A stretch of 64,000 bases of DNA from Candidatus Iainarchaeum sp. (GCA_018304425.1 JAGVWE010000002.1:256001-320000), one strand, 5' to 3'; shown: positions 27,135 through 36,721, counted from the first letter of the stretch. The notes: a model not told the origin generated them from the sequence alone. Numbers and translations: made by a program.

Positions 27135-28124
27135 ATGGACATGGCGGCCCCGGAAAAGAAGAAGGCGATGAGCGCCGACGAAGAACGGCTGGCCGGCATG
27201 AGCCTGGACGAGGCCCTGCCATCCAGGGAAGAACGGCAGCGCAAGGCCGGCTTCGAGGAACCGGCGGCCTTCGGGGCCTTTGAAGCCCCGCAAGCCGTGG
27301 GCGGAGAAGAGTTCCGCATCGAGTTAGGGGAACGGCCCCGGATACGCGAGCGGATTGTGGACAGCTGGGCCGAGCCCCTCGACTACGAGCGCGGCGGCGA
27401 AGCCGAAGAAGACGCTTTCACGGGGTTGTTGAACCGCTTGCTTCCACGGCTGAGCCTCACCGAGCACAAGCGCGCCATTCTCGCGGGGTTTGCCGTCATC
27501 TACTTGGTCTTCGTCGGCATGCTGACTTACCTGTTCTTCTTCAACTCGGGGCTGGCCTTCGAGAAAGGAGGGGGAGAAGGACCAAGCGCCTTGCTGCTGA
27601 AAAACGTTTCCCAGCACGTGGCCAACGACGTGGTGGTCAGCTTCCAGGCCGAGAGCGGTGAAACCGTGAAGGTCGGGGAGTGGAAGCAACTCCTGCCAGG
27701 CGAAGGGCAACCCATTGAAGTCGCCAAGCTGCCGCGCCAGAAAAGCATTGAATTGATGGCCACTGCACGCTATCACCAGGGCGTGAACGCGCGCCTCTCC
27801 CTGGAAAAGCTTGAACGCGAGACCAAACTCCGAAGCAGCTTCCGCGCGCCCACCGTGGCGTTCGTGGACGAATCCTTTGAAATCAAGGCCGAGGTCTGCA
27901 ATGAGGCCTTGGACGAGGAAGTCATCAACGTACGGGAATCGCATGACGCCCGCGTGTTCAAAGAAGAGGCGCGGGGCTACGCCCTGGAACTGGCCGGCCA
28001 GCAATGCGCGGAAATCGTGGTGCCGTTCACGCCCAAGGCCGCGGCAAAAACCACCATCCTTTTTAACCTCATTAGCAGAGATAATAGCGAAAAGCAGCAG
28101 ATACGGCTGGAGGTAAGAGAGTAA
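27135..28124 (+). CDS. Single-pass membrane protein with beta-rich extracellular part
   Basis: Acidic N-terminus, one TM segment; TTTAAATA box upstream. Confidence 0.75.
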   Translation: MDMAAPEKKKAMSADEERLAGMSLDEALPSREERQRKAGFEEPAAFGAFEAPQAVGGEEFRIELGERPRIRERIVDSWAEPLDYERGGEAEEDAFTGLLNRLLPRLSLTEHKRAILAGFAVIYLVFVGMLTYLFFFNSGLAFEKGGGEGPSALLLKNVSQHVANDVVVSFQAESGETVKVGEWKQLLPGEGQPIEVAKLPRQKSIELMATARYHQGVNARLSLEKLERETKLRSSFRAPTVAFVDESFEIKAEVCNEALDEEVINVRESHDARVFKEEARGYALELAGQQCAEIVVPFTPKAAAKTTILFNLISRDNSEKQQIRLEVRE

Positions 28125-28783
28125 TGCCTGAACCCAAGACCGAGGCCAGCATCATTGACGTCATCCGGCAGATGGTGGCGGCCGGGGAAAGCGAGGAAAA
28201 AATCCTGCAAACCCTGAAAGACCTGGGAGTCGAACCCGCGAAAGCCCAGCGGCTGCTGTTATTGGGGCAGGCGGACACGTTCACCCTGTTGCGGGGCGAG
28301 ATAAACAAGATCGTGACCGAGTACGTGGAAAAGGAAAAGCCGCGCATGGTGGGCTTCATCGAAGAAGAAGCCGTGAAGGCCGGCGAAAAAGCCAGGAGAG
28401 AGGTCACGAAAGCCGCGAAAGAAGACTTGGACCGGTACGAGAAAGACATCACCGGGCAAAGCAAGACCTTCCAAGAACAAATCAATGAAACGGTTGCCAG
28501 CATGGCGGAATTGAACACGCGGGTGCGCGAAAAACTCAACGAACTCGGCGAACAACTCCGGCAAGCCCAACTCGACCTAGAAGAAATGAAGTTGCGCGGC
28601 GTGGGCGGCAGGAACCGAATCATTTCCCTGGGCCTCGTACTGGTGGGGCTGGCGTTCTTCGCCTACGACTTCTACTTGTTTTCCACGCAGTTCGGCGCGG
28701 TTTTGACCATTGACTCCATGATCGTGGCCATCGTCGTCGGCCTCATCGGGATAACCTGCTTGTTCGTGGCCACGCTGGTGTAA
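28124..28783 (+). CDS. Coiled-coil protein with two C-terminal TM helices
   Basis: Translationally coupled to the previous gene. Confidence 0.8.
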   Translation: MPEPKTEASIIDVIRQMVAAGESEEKILQTLKDLGVEPAKAQRLLLLGQADTFTLLRGEINKIVTEYVEKEKPRMVGFIEEEAVKAGEKARREVTKAAKEDLDRYEKDITGQSKTFQEQINETVASMAELNTRVREKLNELGEQLRQAQLDLEEMKLRGVGGRNRIISLGLVLVGLAFFAYDFYLFSTQFGAVLTIDSMIVAIVVGLIGITCLFVATLV

Positions 28784-28788
28784 GCCCG

Positions 28789-29493
28789 TTACCTGCGCCG
28801 GTCTATCTTGCCGACGAGGTCGTCGAAGAATTCCTGGTGCTTGGAGGCGGATTCCGCGACCGCGTCCTTGATGCCGAGGCCGAAGCCCAAACCGAAGGCC
28901 AGGGCCACCGCGACGATGGCCGTGGTCAACAGCAACTCGATGAGGCGCTGCAAGACGTTTATCTGGGGCTGCAGGCCGGGAAGGATGAGGGGCAAGGCCA
29001 GCACGGCCGCAATGTAAATGAACAAGGCGTGAATGCCCAGGGCCACGGGCTTGGCTAACATGATGCGCCGGTTGTCCCGAATGGTCTTGGTCACGTACGC
29101 AGCAACGAACAGCATGCCCACCAAGACGATGAGGCCCTGGGCGAGGTTCGGGAGGTAGCCGAGCAGGCCCCAGATGAGGTCCGTGAAAAACGAGATGCCC
29201 GCGATGTACGCGGCCTGGCCAAGGAATGCCAAGACGATGTAGACTTTCAGGAACACCGTGGCGATCTGGGTCACCGTAAAGCCGCCCAAGGCGCCGGAGA
29301 AGCTGCGCTTCGCGATTTCTTCTTCGAGGCGAATCCGCTTCAAGCCGGTGCGCAGCAGCTTGTTGACGAAGTCCGCGACCAGCAACCCCAAGGCCAGGAA
29401 CACCAGGAGGACCAGGGCGGAATACACCCAGGCCATGAAGTCCGAAATGAACGCGTTGACGAAGCCGCTGAAATCCAATCCATTGAACGCCAC
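28789..29493 (-). CDS. Membrane protein, MscS-associated TM-helix type
   Basis: YLPNL and ALAFGLGFGLG motifs. Confidence 0.75.
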   Translation of the reverse strand: MAFNGLDFSGFVNAFISDFMAWVYSALVLLVFLALGLLVADFVNKLLRTGLKRIRLEEEIAKRSFSGALGGFTVTQIATVFLKVYIVLAFLGQAAYIAGISFFTDLIWGLLGYLPNLAQGLIVLVGMLFVAAYVTKTIRDNRRIMLAKPVALGIHALFIYIAAVLALPLILPGLQPQINVLQRLIELLLTTAIVAVALAFGLGFGLGIKDAVAESASKHQEFFDDLVGKIDRRR

Positions 29494-29556
29494 AATCCCA
29501 TCCCCCGTTCATGACAAGAATTTAGCAATATAACGGCGAAGTAGTATTTAAGCCTT

Positions 29557-29691
29557 TCAGGGAACGACTTTGAGGCGCTGGAACTCCTTGATGGCGTCCA
29601 TGGCATGCTCCAACTGGATTTTGGCGCGGATGCTCTTCTCCTTGTCCAGCAGCTTCTTCAAGTCGGAGAGCATGAGTTCGAGTTCAAGCAT
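29557..29691 (-). CDS. 44-aa hypothetical protein
   Basis: MLELELMLSDLKKLLDKEKS...; genome-like codon usage; TATA-like element upstream. Confidence 0.6.
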   Translation of the reverse strand: MLELELMLSDLKKLLDKEKSIRAKIQLEHAMDAIKEFQRLKVVP

Positions 29692-29726
29692 GAAATAAGG
29701 GTGCAGGGCAAGGTTAAAAAAGCCCA

Positions 29727-30134
29727 TCAATGGGGTAAAACCGCCATCCGGCCGGTCAAAACCTCCAAGTCAATGGCTTTGGCGACGGCGTGGCGCAGGG
29801 AAATGGAGTAGTTTTTCTCGGCCTTCGAGAAGTGCTCGGGTTTCAAGAAAAACCAGCCCCGACGGGGGTACTTCCAGGCAATGAAGACCTCGGCGCCCGC
29901 GCGCTCGCACCAGGACAAGAGTTCCTGCATCTGGGAGACCGGCAAGTGGATGGAATCAGAGGCCCAGGCCTTGCATTCAAAGGCCAGGATTCGGCTCTTG
30001 TGCAAGGCAAGGAGGTCGGGGGCGGGAAGCGCGGTTTTCCCCGAACCCGCCACGCGCACCACGGAAAAGCCCTTGTCGAACAGGAGGTGGATTAGCTCGC
30101 GCTCGGCATCCGCTCCCTTCTTGTAATGGGCCAT
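29727..30134 (-). CDS. hjc: Holliday junction resolvase Hjc
   Basis: KGADAEREL, RVAGSG, PDLLA, FECK. Confidence 0.95.
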   Translation of the reverse strand: MAHYKKGADAERELIHLLFDKGFSVVRVAGSGKTALPAPDLLALHKSRILAFECKAWASDSIHLPVSQMQELLSWCERAGAEVFIAWKYPRRGWFFLKPEHFSKAEKNYSISLRHAVAKAIDLEVLTGRMAVLPH

Positions 30135-30296
30135 GACAGGGAAAAGCAGCAAAGGAATTAATTAATGAGCGGCAAAACCTGAATTGGTGGGGTTTTAGGG
30201 TTTTCGGGGCATGGCTTTAAAAAGGCCTTGCCCAAGAAGGTATGTGTTAGGGTCCCGATAGGGGACGCTTAAGGCAGTAAATTTTTGTTTAAGCTT

Positions 30297-30584
30297 ATGA
30301 GCCCGGAACCGGTTCAAGGAATCACCCTGAACGTCAAGGTCTTCCCGGGCAGCAAAGAATTCGCATTCGAATTCGATGAAGCTGAAAACCTGTTGAAAGT
30401 CAGGTTAAAAGAAAAAGCAATCAAGGGCAAAGCCAACCAAGCGTTGCTGAAAGCCCTCAAGAAAGCGTTGAAGGCGCCCGTTGCGATTGTCGCAGGGCCT
30501 TTGTCAAGGGACAAAAGAGTTTTCGTGGAAAACCACACGAAAGAAAACGCTTTGAAATTGCTTCTTCGAAAATTCGCGCCTTAA
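30297..30584 (+). CDS. DUF167/UPF0235 protein
   Basis: GKANQAL and SRDK motifs. Confidence 0.88.
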   Translation: MSPEPVQGITLNVKVFPGSKEFAFEFDEAENLLKVRLKEKAIKGKANQALLKALKKALKAPVAIVAGPLSRDKRVFVENHTKENALKLLLRKFAP

Positions 30585-30651
30585 GCTCTTTCTCCGGGAA
30601 ACACCCTAAACACAGCGTGCGCTCAGTCACACGCAATGGAAGTGAAAACAA

Positions 30652-32346
30652 ATGGCGAAAACATACGTGAATACTGTCAAGTACATGATTCACATCAAGT
30701 TCGAGGTAAAGGGAATCGTTGACAAGCCAGACATCGTTGGCGCGATTTTCGGCCAAAGCGAGGGCCTGCTCGGCGACGAAATGGACCTCAAGGAACTACA
30801 GAAGAACGGCAAAGTCGGGAGAATCGAAATCGAGCACAAGTCAGCCTTGGGCAAGACCAAGGGCATGATTTACGTGCCGAGCTCCATGGACATGGTGGAG
30901 ACCAGCATCCTGGCCGCGGCGGTTGAGTCCGTTGACAAGGTCGGGCCCTGCGAGGCCAAGTTCGAGGTCGCCAAAATCGAGGACACGCGCGGCAACAAGC
31001 GCGAAGAAATCAAGAACCGGGCCAAGGAACTCTTGAAGAACCTCATGGACACGCAGGCGCCTGAGACCACGGAAATCAAGACGGAAGTCCAGGAACAAGC
31101 CCGGGCAGCGGACATCGAGACCTATGGCGGGGACAAGTTGCCCTGCGGCCCCGACGCCAAGACCGACCCCGAAATAGTCGTGGTGGAAGGCCGCGCGGAC
31201 GTCGTGAACCTCTTGAAGAACAACATCAAGAACGTGGTCGGCATGGAGGGCAGCAAGATCAGCCAAGACATCGTCGACCTGTGCCGCGACAAGCAGGTCA
31301 CGGTCTTCGTTGACGGCGACCGCGGCGGGGACTTGATTGCCAGGAAGCTCATGCAGTTGGCGAAAGTCGACTTCGTGGCAAAGGCTCCTGACGGCAAGGA
31401 AGTCGAGGAACTCCAGCGCAAGGAAATAATCATGGCCTTGCGGAAACGCATGACCCTGGAAGAGTTCGACAACGCCCAGGCATTCCGGCCCCGCGAGGAA
31501 AGGCCCTTCAACCGCCCCGAAGGCGAACGCCGGGAATTCGGCGGCCACGGCGAAAGAACGGGCTTTGACCGCGGGTTTGGACGCGGACGCGGCTTCGGCG
31601 AACGAAGCGAGGGCTTCGGCGGCCGAGGCCAGGGCTTTGCACGCGGACCGCCAGGCGGCGAACGCGGTTATGGCCCCAGACCGGGATTCCGCGAACGCAG
31701 TCCCAGGGGCCGGTTTGAACGCGGCCAGTTCGAAGGCAACCAAAGCGCTGGCAGCCCCTCCGAAGGAGGGGAAGGCGAAGGCCAGGGCTTTGAGACCAGG
31801 GAAGGACGCGGTCAAGGCTTCGGCGAGCGAAGGCAGAGCGGCTTCGGACGCGGGCGCGGACGCTTTGAAAGAGGCGGCCCCCGGAGAGGAGGAAGCGGAC
31901 GCATGGGCTTCCACGGCAGAGACCGACCCGGTTACGGCGAAGAACCCGCGTTCCAGGAGGGAACCGGCGGACCCGCTCCCCTCGGAGAGCGAAAGCCGTT
32001 CTCGTCCTTTGAGGCCCCGGCTTTCGCCGGCGAAGAAGCAAAGACCGAGCCCACGGTAGTGGCAAGCGCCGAGGAACGCGCCTTGTTCGAGCCCATCCTG
32101 AAGGAACTCAGGGGCACGCTGAAGGCACGGTTGCTCGACGACGGCATGAACGTGTTGAGCGAAGTCGAAGTCAAGGACCTCGTACAAGCCATTGGCTGCG
32201 CGGGCAACGCGAAAACCGTTGTCTTCGACGGCATCATCACCAAGCGCTTGGCCGATGAAGCCGACAAGGCCGGCGTGCAGACGCTGGTCGGCGTGAGAAA
32301 AGGAAAATTAGGCGAAGGACTCAAGGTGAAAGCGCTCGCATTGTGA
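30652..32346 (+). CDS. dnaG: Archaeal DnaG (TOPRIM) with a long RG/FG-rich insertion
   Basis: KPDIVGAIFGQSEGLLG, VEGRADV, DGDRGG, FDGIIT. Confidence 0.97.
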   Translation: MAKTYVNTVKYMIHIKFEVKGIVDKPDIVGAIFGQSEGLLGDEMDLKELQKNGKVGRIEIEHKSALGKTKGMIYVPSSMDMVETSILAAAVESVDKVGPCEAKFEVAKIEDTRGNKREEIKNRAKELLKNLMDTQAPETTEIKTEVQEQARAADIETYGGDKLPCGPDAKTDPEIVVVEGRADVVNLLKNNIKNVVGMEGSKISQDIVDLCRDKQVTVFVDGDRGGDLIARKLMQLAKVDFVAKAPDGKEVEELQRKEIIMALRKRMTLEEFDNAQAFRPREERPFNRPEGERREFGGHGERTGFDRGFGRGRGFGERSEGFGGRGQGFARGPPGGERGYGPRPGFRERSPRGRFERGQFEGNQSAGSPSEGGEGEGQGFETREGRGQGFGERRQSGFGRGRGRFERGGPRRGGSGRMGFHGRDRPGYGEEPAFQEGTGGPAPLGERKPFSSFEAPAFAGEEAKTEPTVVASAEERALFEPILKELRGTLKARLLDDGMNVLSEVEVKDLVQAIGCAGNAKTVVFDGIITKRLADEADKAGVQTLVGVRKGKLGEGLKVKALAL

Positions 32347-32373
32347 GCGCTTCAACCTTTTTCCTTTCTTTTT

Positions 32374-32814
32374 TTATTTTTTGGACGCAAAGCGGCCGGC
32401 CTTCTTGGGCCTGGGCGCGGAAACGTCGCGGATGGTTTCCTCGATGGGCACGACCAACTCGCCGGACTTGTAGAAGAGGTAGCCCACGAACAACGCGGCG
32501 AGCCAGAACAGGATGGCCGCGATGGGGCCCAGCAACGCGCTCCAAAACTGCCGGTTGGTTAACGTGGTTTGCCCGGGCCGCACGAAGACATCCAAGGCGC
32601 CCTTCGCCAGACCCTGGCAAGTCGAGAAAAACGGTTCCTCGCCTTCCGCACGCGAAAGGCAGTCGTTGACGGCCTTGAGGTTGTCCCAGGAATCGAACAT
32701 GGTGGCCGAGGCCTTGATGAACATCAACAACGCGGCAAACAAGACGAAAGCCCCGATGAGTTTCGGCAAGTGGACTTCCTTGCCCGCGACCCGGAAGTAA
32801 AGGATTCTACGCAA
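32374..32814 (-). CDS. Two-TM membrane protein
   Basis: Two hydrophobic helices with a Cys pair in the loop. Confidence 0.75.
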   Translation of the reverse strand: MRRILYFRVAGKEVHLPKLIGAFVLFAALLMFIKASATMFDSWDNLKAVNDCLSRAEGEEPFFSTCQGLAKGALDVFVRPGQTTLTNRQFWSALLGPIAAILFWLAALFVGYLFYKSGELVVPIEETIRDVSAPRPKKAGRFASKK

Positions 32815-32876
32815 TGGACATCACCAACAAGGAATACGCGGAACGAGTATAAAAAGGTTTACGGCCTGAGCTGCGT

Positions 32877-33464
32877 TTAATCGGTCTTTTTGGGGCGTTT
32901 GCCGCCGCCCAGCAAACGGCGCAGGCGGCCGGGGCGCTTGCGGCGGGCTTCGATGTAGCCCTTGAGACCCAAGATGAGGTCGGCGATTTTGAAATGTATG
33001 TTCGGGATTTGCTCGGCAAGGGCGATTGACATGATCGCATCCACTTGCTGCGGATTCGATTGCAAAACGGCGTCGCGCAGCTTGTGGCCGGAGCGAAGCG
33101 ACACGGGTTTTTGGATTCCTCCAAGACCCCCAACGACCATCCCTGCAAGAGTCGGGTTGCTCGTCACGGTCATCGCCCACACGAACCGGGCCAAGGTGGC
33201 ACGGTTGTTGTAGAGCGTGCGCTGCGCCGTCCTGTTGAGGTTCGAGATCATGTCGATGGTGAGCCGGGCGTGCATCTTCTTAGACCGCCGGTCGGCAAGG
33301 GCCACCCGCGCCTCGACTGCCTTGTCCCCAGCCAACACGCGGGCCATTGTCATCGGGTCTCTCAGCACCCGCTGATCTTTCGCGTAGTTGCCCAGGTGCC
33401 TATTGAAGTAAAGGTCCGGATCCCGTGGCTTGCGGGGCGGGAAACGCTTGGGCAGCTTGGGCAG
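32877..33464 (-). CDS. Arg-rich orphan protein; start uncertain (CTG at 33464 or GTG at 33368)
   Basis: Open frame extends to a CTG 31 nt after a TATA-like box. Confidence 0.55.
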   Translation of the reverse strand: MPKLPKRFPPRKPRDPDLYFNRHLGNYAKDQRVLRDPMTMARVLAGDKAVEARVALADRRSKKMHARLTIDMISNLNRTAQRTLYNNRATLARFVWAMTVTSNPTLAGMVVGGLGGIQKPVSLRSGHKLRDAVLQSNPQQVDAIMSIALAEQIPNIHFKIADLILGLKGYIEARRKRPGRLRRLLGGGKRPKKTD

Positions 33465-33528
33465 GTTAAACCTGGTGCGGGGGAACTTATTAATAGTTAC
33501 GGCGGATAGATGGGATAGGTAATCGGCT

Positions 33529-33625
33529 GTCCCATGCGAAGCATGGGACGTTTTCCCAGGGCTTCGTTGTCCACTTCGTGGACGACGCCACCAAAAGCGA
33601 AGCTTTTGATGGTTGTAAAAAGGCC
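33529..33625. repeat. 97-bp triple-hairpin repeat, copy 1, upstream of tRNA-Val
   Basis: Differs from 36485-36581 at 6 positions. Confidence 0.95.
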
Positions 33626-33627
33626 TT

Positions 33628-33699
33628 GGGCCTGCAGTCTGATGGCGGGACGCGACGTTTACACCGTCGAGGTAGTCGGTTCGATTCCGGCCAGGCCCA
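33628..33699 (+). tRNA. tRNA-Val(TAC), with C8/G14/G21
   Basis: Acceptor GGGCCTG/CAGGCCC, anticodon arm CGACG-TTTACAC-CGTCG, T-loop TTCGATT. Confidence 0.9.
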
Positions 33700-33711
33700 T
33701 GGGATAGCAGC

Positions 33712-34578
33712 TCATTTTTTTTCGTTCACGGTTTTGGTTCGGGCCAAGGCATTGAAGTAGGCGTAGACCAGGACTGCTTCGAGTGCCGCGACGAGGATGC
33801 CGGTGCCGGTCTTGTAGAAGACGGTGGCAAGGAAGGGCGCCACGAAGGATAGGAAGGCGAGCAGCTTCCAGAGGCCGAGGAAGCGGCTGTCAAAGAAGTA
33901 CGCGCTCGCGTTGCCGTTGAGGGTCAACGCCGTCAACCCGGCGAGGATGACCACGACGATGAAGGTAATCCAGTTGTAGTCCTCCATGGCGTAGTTGTAG
34001 ACCACGTACTGGTCCGCGCTGAAGAAGGGAACGTCGAGGAAACCGTCATAGCTGTGGAAGACCGTGGCGGCCATGGCGTCTCCTTTCCGGGCTTCCAAGG
34101 CGTACTCGCCGCGGAGGGTGACGGGGAACAAGGCGAAGCCCGTGGCATCGGTTTTGAGGGTCCGCGTTTCGTCGTTGGGTAGCCGGATTTTGACTTCGGC
34201 GTCCTGGAGGGGCGTGCCATCGGCTGCCACGACGCGGGGGTCGGCGGTGTCGCCCAGGAACTGGACGGGCCGGATTTCGACGAGGATCAGCGAAGCGACC
34301 GGGCCCTCCACCAACTCGTGGAAGGAGTCGAGGAACGAGCGCGGCCGGCAGCCGGCCAGGCCGTCAAAGACCTTTCCGGGCGGGCAGATGGGGTGGCGCA
34401 GGGTCAAGTCGCATTCGAAGCCGGGTTTCATGGTGGACTTGATTTGCTGACAGAACTCGGCGGCAGTCAAGGCGTTGACGTCCAGCAAGGGCGGGCTGGA
34501 AGTGGACTGGGCCCACGCGGGAAAGGCAAGCCCCAACAAGGCAACGACGAGCAAGAGGGTGCGAAGCGTTGGTTGCAT
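33712..34578 (-). CDS. Secreted/membrane protein with Ig-like domain and C-terminal TM helices
   Basis: Signal peptide, DGTPLQDAEV...TDATG pattern, hydrophobic C-terminus. Confidence 0.75.
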   Translation of the reverse strand: MQPTLRTLLLVVALLGLAFPAWAQSTSSPPLLDVNALTAAEFCQQIKSTMKPGFECDLTLRHPICPPGKVFDGLAGCRPRSFLDSFHELVEGPVASLILVEIRPVQFLGDTADPRVVAADGTPLQDAEVKIRLPNDETRTLKTDATGFALFPVTLRGEYALEARKGDAMAATVFHSYDGFLDVPFFSADQYVVYNYAMEDYNWITFIVVVILAGLTALTLNGNASAYFFDSRFLGLWKLLAFLSFVAPFLATVFYKTGTGILVAALEAVLVYAYFNALARTKTVNEKK

Positions 34579-34653
34579 GGCAAAACCATTGGAAAGGCTT
34601 TACCCTAATTAAAGCGGTTATCCATAAAAACACTTGGTTGGGCATTGCATGGT

Positions 34654-36453
34654 ATGCGCGTCCAAGCCCTGGCCCTGTGCCTGGTAGTCCTGCTTTTTTT
34701 GCTGGGCCCGGCGGCCGCCCTTACATTCCGGCCTGCGACCGTGCAGTCCATGGACTTGACGGTTAACTTGAAGGCCGAGGGCGCGTTCTCGGGAACCGTG
34801 TACGAAGGCGACCGCCTGGAAATAAAGTTTTTGACGCTGAACAACTCGAACACCCAGCAAATCCAGGAAATGGACGAGAAACTGATTATCGGGGGAAGGG
34901 AGTTCAGGCCCACCTACAAGCTGGAGGGCAGCAACAAGTACGCGGTTTACACCCTGGACGAACTCATGGACTATGCCGCTACTCCCAAGTTCACGATTGT
35001 CTCGAAGGCGCGGGTGAAGACCCTGGCCCGCATGGATTCCCTGGTGGACTATGACCTGGGCAAGCCCATGAAGGGCCTGGTCGAGGAATTCCTCCGGCCC
35101 TCGGCTTACATCGAAGCCGATGACCCTGAACTGGTGTCAAAGGCCCGGCTCGAGTTTTCCTCCACTTCCTCCGAGCTCGAGACCATCCGGCAAATCACGG
35201 AATGGGTCAACAAGAACGTTACGTACGACTTTGAAAACTATTACAATGGGGTCTGGGGGGCCAAGGACACGTATGCCTCGAGGCGGGGGGTGTGCGACGA
35301 GTTCTCGAACCTGGCTGCCGCCTTCCTGCGGGCAAAGGGAATTCCAACGATGTATGTTTCGGGAGTGAGCTTTGACGGGGAACGCTTTGGAAACCATGGC
35401 TGGCTGGAAGTCTACTTGGGCGGCAAGGGCTGGATTGGGGTTGACCCCACCTATGGGGAAGCCGGTTACCTGGATGCCGCGCACCTGGTCCTGGGCAAGG
35501 GCTTGGACGCGAACCTGTTGTCGAATTTTTCGGCCACCACGCTGAGCCGGAAATCCATCCAAGTCAAGGCCGTCTTGCACGACCCGGTCATCGAAATCAA
35601 CGACATCCAGTTCTTCGAGGACATCGTGGACGTGCAGGTGGAAAAGCCGGAGAAACTGGGCTTGAACCAGGAATTCGAGGTCAGGGTGCGCTTGAAAAGC
35701 CGGCAGGACAGCACCACCATCATCCCCGTGGAACTGGTGTTGCACGAGGAGTTCAAGCAAGAGGACCGGGGACGGCTGGTGATGCTGAAACCCTTCGAAG
35801 AAAAGTGGTTGACGTGGAAAGCGGTTTCCCCCGTGGAAGGCCTGGAAGGACAGTATGCACGGTATGGCATGGTGTTTTTGGCGCCCGACCAGAACGTCGA
35901 GGACACTCTGGTCGTCTACCCCACGCGGAGCCTCGAAAAAGGCGGACCCCAGATAGAGGCAATCGACGTCAGCCCCTTCATCTCCGAGGAAGGCGTGAAA
36001 CTCGAGTTGGTGCTGGAAAACAGGGGCCTCGGCGTGGGAGACGTGGAAATTACCTTCAAGTACTATGGCGTGGAACAAAAAGCCCGGGACACGCTTGAAC
36101 CCGGCGACCAAAAGCGTTTCGCGTTTGAAGCCAACTTTGCGAAGCCCGGCACGATGTCCCTGGAAATCAACGATGGACTGGCCGTGAAAGCCATTGAAAT
36201 CGAGGTGCCCCAGCAGGCAGTGGAAGCAGCCAGGGACGGGGAAAGGGTCCGCATCGAGGAACGAAAAACCCGGGAAAGCCCGTTGCCCACGCCCCCCGAA
36301 AGCGAGGCGGAACGGGCCTGGAAAGCCCTTGAACGGGAAGCCGGCGCCTTGGTTGAAGCGGTGTTGGCCAATGAAGGAACGCTTTACGCCTTGGTTGGCG
36401 GACTGGCCCTGCTGCTCATCCTCTTGGTTTTAAAGTCTTTGGTAAGGAGATGA
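34654..36453 (+). CDS. Membrane-anchored transglutaminase-like protein
   Basis: GVCDEF, HGWLEVY and DPT triad; signal peptide and C-terminal TM. Confidence 0.9.
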   Translation: MRVQALALCLVVLLFLLGPAAALTFRPATVQSMDLTVNLKAEGAFSGTVYEGDRLEIKFLTLNNSNTQQIQEMDEKLIIGGREFRPTYKLEGSNKYAVYTLDELMDYAATPKFTIVSKARVKTLARMDSLVDYDLGKPMKGLVEEFLRPSAYIEADDPELVSKARLEFSSTSSELETIRQITEWVNKNVTYDFENYYNGVWGAKDTYASRRGVCDEFSNLAAAFLRAKGIPTMYVSGVSFDGERFGNHGWLEVYLGGKGWIGVDPTYGEAGYLDAAHLVLGKGLDANLLSNFSATTLSRKSIQVKAVLHDPVIEINDIQFFEDIVDVQVEKPEKLGLNQEFEVRVRLKSRQDSTTIIPVELVLHEEFKQEDRGRLVMLKPFEEKWLTWKAVSPVEGLEGQYARYGMVFLAPDQNVEDTLVVYPTRSLEKGGPQIEAIDVSPFISEEGVKLELVLENRGLGVGDVEITFKYYGVEQKARDTLEPGDQKRFAFEANFAKPGTMSLEINDGLAVKAIEIEVPQQAVEAARDGERVRIEERKTRESPLPTPPESEAERAWKALEREAGALVEAVLANEGTLYALVGGLALLLILLVLKSLVRR

Positions 36454-36484
36454 ATTAAGCGTGCGAGGCCGAGAGGCCGAGCCA

Positions 36485-36581
36485 GTCCCCTGCCGCGCAG
36501 GGGACGTTTTCCCCGGGCTTCGTTGTCCACTTCGTGGACGACGCCACCAAAAGCGAAGCTTTTGATGGTTGTAAAAAGGCC
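36485..36581. repeat. 97-bp triple-hairpin repeat, copy 2, abutting tRNA-Gly(GCC)
   Basis: Near-identical to 33529-33625. Confidence 0.95.
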
Positions 36582-36653
36582 GCGACCGTAGTCTAGTGGT
36601 TAGGATTCGACCTTGCCAAGGTCGAGACTCGGGTTCGACCCCCGACGGTCGCA
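36582..36653 (+). tRNA. tRNA-Gly(GCC)
   Basis: Acceptor GCGACCG/CGGTCGC, anticodon loop TTGCCAA. Confidence 0.95.
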
Positions 36654-36721
36654 CTTCCACTTTCCCTGGCTTGCAGCCGTTCACGGATTAGCTATATATA
36701 CCCTTTGCGGCTAATTAGGGC

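Noticed and set aside
1707-31187. Long antisense ORFs such as 1707-2711, 13280-14503, 20174-21652 and the one starting at 30841
   Set aside because: Shadow frames of well-identified genes, expected from GC-rich codon bias.
33529-36581. Repeats as a CRISPR array or attL/attR pair
   Set aside because: Only two 97-bp copies about 3 kb apart, with no spacers, cas genes or integrase. They lie 5' of the tRNAs and do not duplicate tRNA 3' ends.
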